Below, piece by piece: positions 38,793 through 49,555 of a stretch of 64,000 nt of DNA. A model generated the notes under the pieces. It saw only the letters and a list, made by a program, of their open reading frames with translations, was not told the DNA's origin and did not search any database. The stretch comes from Psammoneis japonica. Taxonomy: Eukaryota. Where the stretch lies: NCBI GenBank assembly GCA_008632985.1, contig QPGO01000004.1:186001-250000 (forward strand), read 5' to 3'. Position 1 is the first letter of the stretch. Each line of letters opens with the position of its first letter. The translations under genes and the position numbers were made by a program.

Positions 38793-40634
38793 ATGATGAA
38801 GCTGCCGTTCCTTTTGTTGGGGGCATTGTGTCTCTCGTTCTCTACAGCTTCAACTGTTGGCGAAGCCACAGACGAAGAACGACAACTACGAAGAAACCGA
38901 CTCCCGATTCTGGACATTGCAAAGTCCAACGGGTTCAACACTCTTGTTGCCGCCCTCGGGATTGCTGGACTTGACTCGGAGTTTGGCTGTACATGGAAAA
39001 CAAACAGAGCCAGATGTCCGCTCTACACGGTCTTCGCTCCAACGGATCAAGCGTTTTCCGCTTTGGACAGGGGGTTGGTGGAAAAGTTGACGACCGACAG
39101 CTCATACATTGAGCACCTACGGGGGTTACTCAAGTACCACGTTGTGCCGGGCAAAGTTAAGGCTAAGGCAGGGGCCATTGAAAATAATGCCCAAATTAAG
39201 ACTCTTCTTGGAGATAGCCTTGTTACTACAAAGAGGGGCCGAAATGTCAAGATCAACAACGCCAACGTAGTGAAACCCAACGTTAGAGCGACCAATGGGA
39301 TTGTGAACATTGTGGATTCCGTTCTGGTACCTCCGTTCTTAACGAAAGATGTTGTTGATGTAGCCATTGGCAGCCCGTCCATGTTCTCGACGCTTGTTAA
39401 AGCGGCCCAAGCGGCCGGTTTGGTAGATGCGCTGAGAGGTGGGCCACTGACTGTACTCGCTCCGACCAATGAAGCATTTGCCAAGCTTGGTATGACGACT
39501 CTTTCTGACCTTCTCAAACCCGAAAACAAATCTACACTTGCAGACATTCTGAAGTATCACGTGCTGCCTGGCATTGTTGTGGACAAAGAACTTAAAGACG
39601 GACCCATCAAGACGTTGCTTGGAAAAGAGATCGATGTGGACGTGCAGAGCGACAAGGTTGTTCTTAATGACAAGGTCAAAATCACTGACGTCAATATTTT
39701 GGCAAACAATGGAATCATTCACGTGATCGACACCGTCCTCATTCCTCCAGAACCCAAGACTGACAAGAAGCCAGACATTGTTGATGTTGCCAGTTCCGTC
39801 AAAGACTTTTCCACTCTTGTAAAGGCTGTGTCGACGGCTGGCTTGGTTGATACTCTTCGAGGTGGCCCATTCACCGTATTTGCGCCCACAAACGAAGCTT
39901 TCACACGGACCCTGAAGCAGCTCGGCCTCACCTTGGATGAACTACTTAAGGAAGCCAACAGAGAAACCCTTACGAACATCCTCCTATACCACGTCGTTCC
40001 TGGAGTAGTCACCCGTCATGACCTTCGAGATGGCTCAGTAGCTACAGCGCTGAAAGAACGAAGCATTGAGGTCGACGTCAAGTACTTCTTCGGGCATTTC
40101 AGGTATGCGACACTCAACGGTGACACGCGCATCACCAGCTTTGATACGAAAGCTTCGAATGGCATTATTCATGTCATCGACAAGGTTTTGATTCCTCCAG
40201 AACCCCTTCCAGACATTGTGGAAGTAGCCAGCTCGAACAAAGACTTCTCCACGCTTGTTGCAGCTGTGAAGGCAGCAGGTTTGGTGGAAACACTCCAATC
40301 GGATGGACCCTTTACCGTATTTGCCCCAACCAATGACGCCTTCGGCAGACTTTTGAAGAAGCTTGACACCACCCTCGATGCTGTCGTTGCCGACACCGAA
40401 ACCCTTAAAAAGATTCTTCTTTATCATGTCGTCCCGGGCAAGGTCAGGTTTCGCGATTTGATGGCAGGTTCGGTTGATACGGCTCTTAAGGGTGAAGCCC
40501 TTCACGTCAGTATTCATTATGGTTGGTGGTTCAGGCGAGTCGGTGCGACTATCAATGGCATTAACGTTATCACTACTGACATTGAAGCAAGCAATGGCAT
40601 TGTCCATGTCATTGACGACGTCCTTTTGCCGTGA
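38793..40634 (+). CDS. Secreted fasciclin protein with four FAS1 domains
   Basis: Signal peptide. Four repeats of TV[FL]APT[DN].AF..L.YHV.PG..A.NGI[IV]H.ID.VL.P. Confidence 0.95.
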   Translation: MMKLPFLLLGALCLSFSTASTVGEATDEERQLRRNRLPILDIAKSNGFNTLVAALGIAGLDSEFGCTWKTNRARCPLYTVFAPTDQAFSALDRGLVEKLTTDSSYIEHLRGLLKYHVVPGKVKAKAGAIENNAQIKTLLGDSLVTTKRGRNVKINNANVVKPNVRATNGIVNIVDSVLVPPFLTKDVVDVAIGSPSMFSTLVKAAQAAGLVDALRGGPLTVLAPTNEAFAKLGMTTLSDLLKPENKSTLADILKYHVLPGIVVDKELKDGPIKTLLGKEIDVDVQSDKVVLNDKVKITDVNILANNGIIHVIDTVLIPPEPKTDKKPDIVDVASSVKDFSTLVKAVSTAGLVDTLRGGPFTVFAPTNEAFTRTLKQLGLTLDELLKEANRETLTNILLYHVVPGVVTRHDLRDGSVATALKERSIEVDVKYFFGHFRYATLNGDTRITSFDTKASNGIIHVIDKVLIPPEPLPDIVEVASSNKDFSTLVAAVKAAGLVETLQSDGPFTVFAPTNDAFGRLLKKLDTTLDAVVADTETLKKILLYHVVPGKVRFRDLMAGSVDTALKGEALHVSIHYGWWFRRVGATINGINVITTDIEASNGIVHVIDDVLLP

Positions 40635-40888
40635 AGTCTCTAGAAGTTTTCTTAACATAGATCAGTTTTGTATTTCTATAGAGAAGGCATTGCCACGCTT
40701 TAACTGTAAGAACGATCTCCATGTGAATCAAACTCTCGCCTCTGAAGACGCTTTCAAAGCTTGCGTGGGCGGTTCTCGTCTTGAATAGCGGAGACGTTGC
40801 CAATTGCGCCCATGCCATGCTTAGAAATAACGAGTTCAAAGTGTTGAGGAATTGAATGCCGCCTGCTGCGCAACGAACGTTTTATTCG

Positions 40889-42409
40889 TCATCTCTCTGC
40901 TTTCTCCTTTTGTCTTTTGGCTAGGCCTTGGAAGAAAATTTTCCATTTCTTTTCTTTGAGGGTATTGTTGACGTGAATAGAGCAGAACTTGCGCTTTTCG
41001 TCTGCAAGCTTGAAATTTCGTTGGAGCATCGTCTTGCCTCGCGCAGATGTAAAGAACTCCGGTAGGAGTGTGGACTCAAGCTGCAAGGACCAATCTAAAA
41101 GCTGCTTTGATTCATTGGGGGATAGACAATCCAAGTCGTAGTCCTCCAACTGGGAAATGCCGAGCTTGTTTGTTGCGAAGTCCTCGAGTGCGGTCCGTGT
41201 CTCGTGTCGTGTTACGAGCTTGCCTTGATTCTTCGTTGACGTTCTGGATGCAGTTGAGTTACCATTGATCCATCCTCGATTGTTTGCTTCCACCGCAAGC
41301 AAGTCATAATGCAGGTGCTTGGAAGAAGATGGGTTCATCGAGATTGTAGAATTGCGTTGTCGAATAAACTCACAAAATTCCTTCGCTTCTGGTAGCATTT
41401 CACAAAAGAAGTCCTTCTCCAGTGTTCCAGGGATGCTCGCGTAATCCTTTTGATGCATGTTGAAAATATGCACATCAGTTGATTCGTTGTGGAGAGTTGA
41501 TTTCAGCATGGCTCGCCACTTCTCTGGATTGCTACGGAGCTGGTCAAAACGCTTTTCTCCGTCCTTCTCAAAGTACTCACGAATGGTTGGAATAATGACT
41601 CCTCCATGGTTCTGACCTTTGGAATCAACGTCGGGCCATCGCAATAACGTTGCGTGTCCACTAGTCGGTTGAAAGATCTGAGTATACCAAGATGGAACCC
41701 ATTCGAAAAACCTGCGGTAAGATAGGAGGACTCGCACTTTCCATTTGGCCAACATTGGCGCTAAGTACTGAACCAGAAATTCTTTCTCCGCCTGTGGTTT
41801 AAAATCGGCAAATATTTCTTCCGACAAAAACACATCGTGATTTGCTTCAAAGTGAGCATCCAAGATCTTTTCTAACTCTCTCCACTTGTCTTTGCATTCG
41901 GGTGTCTTCTTTTGTCGACAAGCGTAACATAGGTCATGTGTGTTGAATTCTCCTTGCTTTTTGTTGATGTAAAAACCGACGTAATAGATGTTGTTCTTTC
42001 GAAGCTTTTCAGCAAATGCTCCTGCATACCACTGAATTGTTGTCGTTCCAGTCTTGGGCGGACCCACGTGAAGTGTCAATACGGGTCGTCTTGATTTTGT
42101 GCCCTGAGGTGGTGGTTCTTTGCCTTTTCGCAGTTCCTTCGTTGTTGGTTTTGGACTGGAAGATGGGGTATTTTTTTCTTCTGGTTCATCGTGGTTGTGC
42201 CCATAATTATCAAGCTCACGGGTTGGTAGCGCTGCGTGCCGCTCCAATTTCGATTCTTGTCTCTCGAATTCTTTGGCCAGTCTGTTCTCGGTCACGTTTT
42301 TCGCAGACGAGAAAGCAGTAGTTGTCACTACTTCTTTTAACATTCCATCATCAAGCCAAAGAGTTACTGGTAAAATGACAAATAGCAACCAGGGAGTGTA
42401 CCGCCTCAT
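40889..42409 (-). CDS. Diatom-type P-loop/sulfotransferase-like type II membrane protein
   Basis: Intact 506-aa ORF with TLHVGPPKTGTTTIQWY, FLSEEIF, YRRFFEWVPSWY and KFCSI. Confidence 0.8.
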   Translation of the reverse strand: MRRYTPWLLFVILPVTLWLDDGMLKEVVTTTAFSSAKNVTENRLAKEFERQESKLERHAALPTRELDNYGHNHDEPEEKNTPSSSPKPTTKELRKGKEPPPQGTKSRRPVLTLHVGPPKTGTTTIQWYAGAFAEKLRKNNIYYVGFYINKKQGEFNTHDLCYACRQKKTPECKDKWRELEKILDAHFEANHDVFLSEEIFADFKPQAEKEFLVQYLAPMLAKWKVRVLLSYRRFFEWVPSWYTQIFQPTSGHATLLRWPDVDSKGQNHGGVIIPTIREYFEKDGEKRFDQLRSNPEKWRAMLKSTLHNESTDVHIFNMHQKDYASIPGTLEKDFFCEMLPEAKEFCEFIRQRNSTISMNPSSSKHLHYDLLAVEANNRGWINGNSTASRTSTKNQGKLVTRHETRTALEDFATNKLGISQLEDYDLDCLSPNESKQLLDWSLQLESTLLPEFFTSARGKTMLQRNFKLADEKRKFCSIHVNNTLKEKKWKIFFQGLAKRQKEKAER

Positions 42410-42799
42410 TGTTGCTTCGTCTCGTCGTCAAGCACTTGTGGTTGAAATGGCAGAGAAAACATCAGACGAGCTGTATGAAAAAAGTGAGGCGGTCGTGGTA
42501 CAATCTCCTTAGTTTGTACGTAGACGGTCATCGACGACATATGCCAGTCATTTTGCTTCAAGAATGACCTCCCAAGTTCCCGCGCGTTTTCTCGTTCGGG
42601 GACGCGCATTCGAACGATGCGCCACAAAAAACGCCACGCGCCACGCACCTATGTACCAGTCGGTGGTCGGTGGTCGGTGCGGTGGTGGGTCGAAGGCGGT
42701 CGGAGCTTGCCAAACGCAAACATGCCCGACGGCATTTCAAAGATAACGCTAAACTCACAAAAGGCTCTGACGCGATACGCTAGCTTCAGATAAAGACAT

Positions 42800-43941
42800 A
42801 TGGCTCCATCGGCTTACATTGAGGCTCGTCAAAATGATCAAGGCGAGGAAACTGCGCGTTTCCTGGTAGACGGCGAACCTTACATGCCCTTTCTGACGGT
42901 TGACCCTTCGACGTGGAATCGGTCAAGCGTGCTGTTTCGCTCATGCTTAATCTCAAAGATACTCAAAGCATGGAAGTAAAGACTGTTTCTGGCGGTATCA
43001 CCAATGCACTATTCTGTGTTTCTTTTGACCGAGACGGCGACAGCAAAAAGTCCGTCTTGGTCCGCGTGTTTGGGGCAGAGGGAATGATTAACCGAGATAT
43101 TGAAAATTCAACCTTTGCTGCTCTTCAAAAGGCAGGAATTGCTCCTGGCTACTTGGGTCGGTTTGGAAACGGACGTTTGGAGCAATACTTGGAGAATGGA
43201 TTCCGCCCACTGGAGGTTGAAGAGCTAAGTCAACCCAAAGTTTCTCACGAAATTGCGGTTCAAATGGCGTTGCTGCACGCAAAGTTTCAAATCCCAGATC
43301 ACTTGGAAGAACACTACGATGTTTCAAAACCATCCGTATGGGACCAATTGTCGAGCTGGATGGAACAAGCCTTGAATGCAACTTTTCAAACGAACGAGGA
43401 TGAGACTCGAGCGAAGGAACTCGACCTACCGCAGGTGAAAAAGGAAGTGCAATGGCTGCAGAACAAGGTCGCTCCGAAAACTGCTGCTGTAGCCTTTTGT
43501 CATAACGACCTATTGGCAGCCAATATAATGTGGAATGGCACAGAAATTCATTTGATTGACTTTGAGTACGGTGGAGTCAACTATTGCAGCTTTGACATTG
43601 CGAACCATTTCAACGAATATGCCGGTGGCACGGATGATGGGGTTCCGAATTATGATTTGCTTCCCACTGAAGCACAGCAGATGGAGTTTGTAAAGACCTA
43701 TATTGAAACAATTGAAAAGCATTCAGACAAAGGTGCTTCGAATGTTACAGTAGAGCAGCTCTTTGAACAAGTCCAAGCCTTTGTCATGGTCAATCACTTG
43801 TATTGGGGACTATGGGGTGTCAATCAAGCGTCGACCGAAGGATGCGGTGACTTTGACTACTTACTCTATGCAACCAATCGGATCGGCCAATACTTCGTGT
43901 GCAAGGATAAATGGACTCAGGGACATTCTACCAAGGCATAG
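42800..43941 (+). CDS. Choline/ethanolamine kinase; indel ~42910
   Basis: SGGITN, VLVRVFG, FCHNDLLAANI, IDFEYG, FDIANHFNEYAG and HLYWGLW. Confidence 0.92.
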
Positions 43942-44091
43942 CGTTGCAGTTTTGTACATCTAAGAATTTTAAATCTCTAGTTGATTTACATTGATGACGC
44001 CGATAATTACACCGGTCGACGTGTGCACTTGCTCGAGTTCTACCAGTTGATAGGAGTCGACAGTCGACAGGCGCCCAGAAGAATTGTTTCG

Positions 44092-45872
44092 TCATTCTGA
44101 TCCAGAATCCTCTTCATTCTTTTCGCCAGAGCCCTTTTTCTTTCTAGTGGCCTGACTGTCGGTTGTCTTTGTCTCCGCCGCGCCATCGCTGGTGCTCGTT
44201 TCTTTCCCTGTCGATTTTGCTTCGCCATTGCCATGCTTAGATGCTGAATCGTCTTTGTTGTTTGATGGCTCGTCTTTTTTTTCTGCAGCGGCTTTGGTCT
44301 TCTCTGTCTTTTCCTTCTTTGTATGTCCCCCCTCGTGTTTGGAGGGTTGGTCCTTCTCCGTGCCGTTATCTTTCGTGGTCTCATCTTGCCCACCCTCACC
44401 GTCGCTGTTCTTGTCGCTTCCAGCATTGCCTTTCGCAGCGTCCGCCTTTTCTTCTGCCTCGCTGTCACCACCAGTTTCTTGCGGAGGGGGTGAATCGTTT
44501 TTACCCATACTCTTGCTTTCAGATTCGCCATTCTGCTTCTTTTCATCTGGCTTGTCAGGCTCTTCTTCAGGTTGATGTTGTTCTTCCTCCTGACCGCTGC
44601 TTGCCTCGTCTTCTTCATCGTCGTTGATATCGTCTCTACTGTTTCCGTTCTTGTTTGTATCGAGATCGTCGTCCTCATCACCAACACTTTCTATCTCGTC
44701 ATCCACAATGGTGTCAACACTAAAGTCATCTTCCGTGAATTCCTCTGGTATGATGTTCCATTTTTTATAACCAATCATGTCTTCGACACTCCAGTCCACA
44801 TGAGCATTCATCCAATCGACATAGTCTTGGGTTAAACCCTTGGTATGCAGCGGAGGAGCAAGACCCTCTTTCGTTTCGTCGCTGTTAAAAATGAGATCCG
44901 TACAAGTGTAGTTGAGACCGGTGTATTCCACAATATGTTCCAAGACATGCCACAAACCCGGGACCGTCTTTCCATCATGATGATGCATCTCCACGAGTGA
45001 TTCGTACGTGATGTTTAGAACCCGAGTCACGTTGTAGAACTGTGACGTGGTCTCGATAAAGTTACGAATTTTGTCGGCACGTAGACCCAAAATGCTCGGA
45101 TAAGGCTTGCCAGCTCCGTTGACTTGCAACTCATACACAGCATGGTTCTTGTCGTTGCTTTTGTCTTTTGGACCTGAACACGGGATGACACGTTTGTATT
45201 CGAAATGGTATTGACAAACGGGTCCCTTTTCAGTTGAAATCGCTCATCTTCCTTTGGTCGTTCGTTTGTCGTCCAGGGTTTGGTGACAAAGGTTTCCCAA
45301 GGTAGTGACGAATTGTGTTGAGGAGAGTACATTGGATGTTTTCTCATTCGTTCAACCCAATCATACACGTTCAGAAACACTGGAATCACCAACGTTGTTG
45401 GGAAATCGTCTGGAACAGAGTCCTGAAAGAAGTAACCGTTTCGTTGTAGCGAAGATGTGATTTCCACGTTTGGAAGACATTCGCGCAATTTTGATTCCAA
45501 CCAATCTGCGCCAGAGTTTCGTTCTCCCAAGACTGCAATTCGTTGCACCGGCAACATCGGCATGATTTCATTTTCATCGCGAGAGGAAGCCACTGTCGTG
45601 AGCGTAAGAATAAATACAATCAACAGACAGCCAACTAGGATGCAGCCACGTTGGGAAAATGCGGTTTCTTCCTCATACCAATCGTCCTTATCGTCGGAAT
45701 ACCTTCTTGATCTCCTCCCATTTCCACGATTGTTGTTGCCCCAATCATCGTTGTCGAGCAAGTCGTCCGTATCCTTGTAATTCCATTCCTCGTCATACTG
45801 GTATTCGTCCCCATTATTCTGGTTGGGTTCAATGTAGAAGGGATTCACCTGAGGAGGCGATGGGGTCATCAT
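44092..45872 (-). CDS. Diatom-type membrane-anchored sulfotransferase-like protein with an acidic/charged C-terminal tail; indel ~45230
   Basis: TM segment, then RIAVLGERNSG, NVYDWVERM..P, FVTKPW, YEL..GKPYPSIL.LR.DKI.NF and VDW.VE..IGY. Confidence 0.7.
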
Positions 45873-46329
45873 CTTGGCTCACACTTTTTGACCTTGTGTT
45901 GAGTGTTGAGTGTTGAATTGTTGGTTGTTGGCCCTTCGATTTTCAATTTGCGGTGTCGGGTGTCGGGTGCTCGGTCGGGCTCATGCTCGCGCGTTTTGCG
46001 CATTTTTGCGCGGGACAAGCTCATCTAGTTTGTATCGATTAATCATACCGTGATAAATAGAATTATGTTAATGATTGTATTAGTTCCTGAATTTATTTAT
46101 GTCGGTCGATGACGTAGGCACAACGAACAGCTCACAAAATGCGGAGGCGAACTGCGAACTTCAACACAAACACACTTGTGGGGCCGCAGTCGTAGTTACC
46201 CTCAAGTAGATTCATTCCACCGGTGGCCAACGCCGATTGGTTACTTTCTTGATTTGCTTTTCAGAGTGTGTGGCGTTCACACGCGTTGTGCTTGTTATTG
46301 TGCGGTCTAAAACGACTTCAAAACCCACG

Positions 46330-47563
46330 ATGAACATTCGTGTTGCTGCTGTAACATGCCTTTTTCCCATGCTGGTGTGCACGGTGCTCTCTTTTGGTGT
46401 CCCAGTCAATCAAGCGAGAACACATGCCGTTGCGTCCTCATTCCGAAGAGACCAATCCTTGTTGGTGTTGAATGCCATGAAGCTGTCCGATTTGCCGACG
46501 GGCATTTCCCCTTTTGAAAAGTCAATGTCCAAGAATATAGACATTCAAGGAGACTTTCGTTCCCGTGCCTTGTTGGCCGTGCAAGCTGCTACAAGAGACG
46601 GTGTTCGGTTGCAAGAAGTGGAGTTTCCGCCATTAATTGGCGGGGACAAATCAAAATCGCAGTTTGATGATTTCGATAATGTACAAGAACTCAATCAGAA
46701 TCGAGATTGGTGTATTCAGTGGCTTCCGCAATTGTCCACCAGCTTTGGAAAGAAAAAGATTTGGTTTGTCTTGCCCGATTTGAAGGAATGTGAATTGGCC
46801 AAGGAAGAGTGGACCGGGCAAAGATATCGAGAGCCGGCGGTGTGGACATCCATCGAAGCGGCGACTAAACAATACTCCGAAAATGAATACTCAAAACCCT
46901 GGGGAGCGACGATTGCTTCTACAGTCAACAAAGCATTGGCAGGTGGAGAAGGCAAGAGTGCTGGTTTATTGGGGAACGAGGCTGCTCTAGATGATCTTTC
47001 GGGTCCCCCACCCTCTTGTCATGTAATATGCCAACCAGGCAACGGCGGTCCAGTCGAAGATTGGATCAATTGCGAAATCATTCATAAGCAATCCATTGAC
47101 GACACCGCAACAACAATAATCGTGAATGGTGCTCTTGACAAAGTCAGAGATGGCTACTATCCGGGCGTGTTCTTTCCGAAGCTTGCTTCAACTGTAGATC
47201 GGTTTTACAAGAAGTTTACGAGCGTGTTCTACCTCAAACCAATATCTGACAAAGGGTTATACGGCTGGCTCTATCGCGTTTACCCCGAGGTACGTTGAAG
47301 AAACTATATGCACGCAACCTCCTAGAGAGTGGCTGCTTTGATACTTTTTTGTTGTGTTTCTAAGCCCTTTCCATATTGTTCTTTTTCTTGGTATATGTGG
47401 AATAATGCGACAAAAGCCATGGCAAGTCGTGCTGCAGACGGTCAAGGAAAAGTCAAACAACCGCAAATACGTCGAAAACACTGTTGTTTACACGTCAGAT
47501 GAGCGACCGAGCTTTGCTGAGGCAGTAGAAAAGCTTGTGGTGGGAGCTTCTGCACTACGGTAA
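46330..47563 (+). CDS. Plastid-targeted DUF1995 (LPA3-like) protein; intron ~47290-47416
   Basis: Signal peptide + SF. EVEFPP, NGALD..R.GYYP..FFPKL, FYLKP..GWLYRVYPE/PWQV. Confidence 0.85.
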
Positions 47564-47951
47564 ACTAAGTTCTCGTTTCCATCCCATCCGCTGCCTCGTC
47601 TCATGTGTCGATTCACTGGTACGGAAGTATGATATCCAGCATAAGACAAGGAGCTTCTGCTCTCAAACAACTACTCGTCATGCCCTGCATCGCTGTTTCA
47701 CCTCAGGTGTCAATGCAACGTCACTCAAGGAGCTTTTGTACTATAATAGCTAATTGTGTTACCCTCACACCCTGCATCGCTGCCTCGTATCATTTGTGTC
47801 GATACACTTGTACATCTTAAAGAGGCAAGACATTACATAATATGTATGTTCACTCATTTAATGTTATACTTTTATGAGTAATAAAGAGACATTTTGCTGA
47901 CGCGCCTGTTTGACGCTTTATGCGATTCTGGCTTGTGCGTGGATATGGTTT

Positions 47952-48908
47952 TTAAACTCCAGAGAGATCTACGTGATCATGGTAGTCCTCGTCGGCTGAA
48001 ACGTCATCAGACAGAGCGTCTAGCTCCCTCTTGTGGACCTTGGCATGAAACGACTCGTAAAGATTTTCTTGAAAGTACGGCGATTCTTGGGGCAACTCTG
48101 CTTCAAAAGAAGCGTCTTCATGCTCGTGTTCGAAAAGGTAAGGTCCCGCCATTCGCTGCGGTGGTCCTCGTTTGCCATGGCTTTGGTGGTGGTGACTCCG
48201 ACTGCTTGTGTGGCTTCTACGTGTTCGAATAAAAGGGATTGTGACGGGCGAGTTACTGTCGCAGAAAAGTCTCATTTCTTCTTCGTAGAGGCTCAAAATT
48301 GCGTGATGATCCCGTAAGAAGTCCAACCCCAGCAACAAATCCACTCCTTCAGTGCCTGTAGACTCTAACACAGTAATAGCAGGCCCCTCAACCAAAGCAT
48401 CTCCCATGTGGATCAAAAGTGTCTTGGCCGGAATACGCCCCAAAACGCGACATTGCCCGACACCTGTGGCATGCCCAGCGTACCGCCGGTCCAACAAGTG
48501 GAGCAGCCCGGCTCTTGCGGCAGCTCCCTTCGAAAGAACTGTGACTTGAGCGCCTGTATCAACAAAGGCTGACACTGTAGATATCTTGGTGTCAAAATCT
48601 TCTTCGTGTTGTTGTTGTAGAGCGCACGGGACTTGAAGTAGACTGGTTTGAGATGCCGAAGCGGTACACTGAGGTTCTTGTAGACCATCCCATGTGCCAC
48701 TGCTTTCCAGATTTTCCCAATCATTTTGAGCGTCGTAATCGAGTACTTCAGAAAAAGGATCTTCATTGGGATGAAGTTCTTCTGATGGCCCGTCATGACG
48801 TGGAGGTTTCAAGCCGAAGCCATTTTTTGATGGATTTCGAGGCACCGCAAGGACTACGCACAACGTCAACAAGACAGCGATGAACCATTTTGGTACAGCA
48901 AAAGCCAT
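47952..48908 (-). CDS. Signal-peptide-bearing Ddi1-like retropepsin aspartyl protease domain protein
   Basis: AFVDTGAQVT, LLDRRYAGHATGVG..LGRI and DLLLGLDFL. No UBL or UBA domain seen. Confidence 0.8.
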   Translation of the reverse strand: MAFAVPKWFIAVLLTLCVVLAVPRNPSKNGFGLKPPRHDGPSEELHPNEDPFSEVLDYDAQNDWENLESSGTWDGLQEPQCTASASQTSLLQVPCALQQQHEEDFDTKISTVSAFVDTGAQVTVLSKGAAARAGLLHLLDRRYAGHATGVGQCRVLGRIPAKTLLIHMGDALVEGPAITVLESTGTEGVDLLLGLDFLRDHHAILSLYEEEMRLFCDSNSPVTIPFIRTRRSHTSSRSHHHQSHGKRGPPQRMAGPYLFEHEHEDASFEAELPQESPYFQENLYESFHAKVHKRELDALSDDVSADEDYHDHVDLSGV

Positions 48909-49320
48909 TGTCTTACTAGGCACCGTCGAGGCCTTTGATATTGATAGCTTAAAGTCAATAGCAACAGCCAAGGCCAAGACAAAGATGAATACCCACTATC
49001 TAAAAGAACAGCAAAACACTCAACAAAAGCGACGACTTCGAGTGATGGGTGATGGCTCGGGCTCGGCGCTTTTGATCTTCTCACGCGGAAATCCCTACAG
49101 CGCTTCCAGTATTTGCTGTACATACGTGAATTCTTCGTGGTGGAATAGTACTTCACTGACGTTTATGCAGATAGATCGACGTCACTAAAAAGGAATCATA
49201 AATAATGATGCGAACTCCGAACCATTTCACTTAGTAATGTTCCACATATCCGTTGCAGTTTCCTTAAGATATTTAAGGACCAACGGTTTCCGTTTTCGTT
49301 CAAAATACATTCTAAGAATT

Positions 49321-49506
49321 CTTAAAAGCGGAGCTCGTTCAAGCCGACGTCATCCAACGGTCGGCACGGAAAACCGTTAGCCGTTAGCACATGAATCGCC
49401 AATCGCTAACGGTTTCCCTGTCTCTCGCCACATTTTTCCTTCCACCACGAGAGAACAGCTCATAATCTAGACGATCACTCGCTTTTCACGCCGCTCCACT
49501 TTTGAG
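49321..49506 (+). repeat. 5' LTR
   Basis: 176/186 identical to 57957-58142 by manual alignment, no indels. Confidence 0.95.
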
Positions 49507-49533
49507 TGGTGCTTCGACACGTTATTCGAACAC
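49507..49533 (+). other. tRNA primer-binding site
   Basis: TGGTGCTTCGACACGTTATTCGAACAC lies directly after the LTR. Its reverse complement ends in ACCA and contains GTTCGAAT (T-loop-like). Confidence 0.8.
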
Positions 49534-49555
49534 ATCATCTTCCGTCAACATAACC

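Noticed and set aside
15416..45872. Frameshifts in many host genes (RAP ~19140 and ~18535, ~23340, SEL1L ~36075 and ~34660, ~37535, kinase ~42910, ~45230), considered as pseudogenes or programmed frameshifting
   Set aside because: They are scattered single-base shifts in otherwise intact conserved genes, some at homopolymers. Residual sequencing/assembly indels are the simplest explanation.
47952..48908. Aspartyl protease as part of the adjacent retrotransposon
   Set aside because: It lies outside the LTR/TSD on the opposite strand, has Ddi1-specific motifs and normal TA content.
49311..49320. Longer 7-8 bp TSD (TAAGAATT)
   Set aside because: The TAAG at the right end belongs to the LTR: it matches the 5' LTR end TGAG and the terminal inverted repeat. 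The TSD is therefore AATT.
49507..49533. tRNA gene fragment on the minus strand
   Set aside because: Only the 3' end with CCA is represented, directly after the LTR, so it is a primer-binding site.
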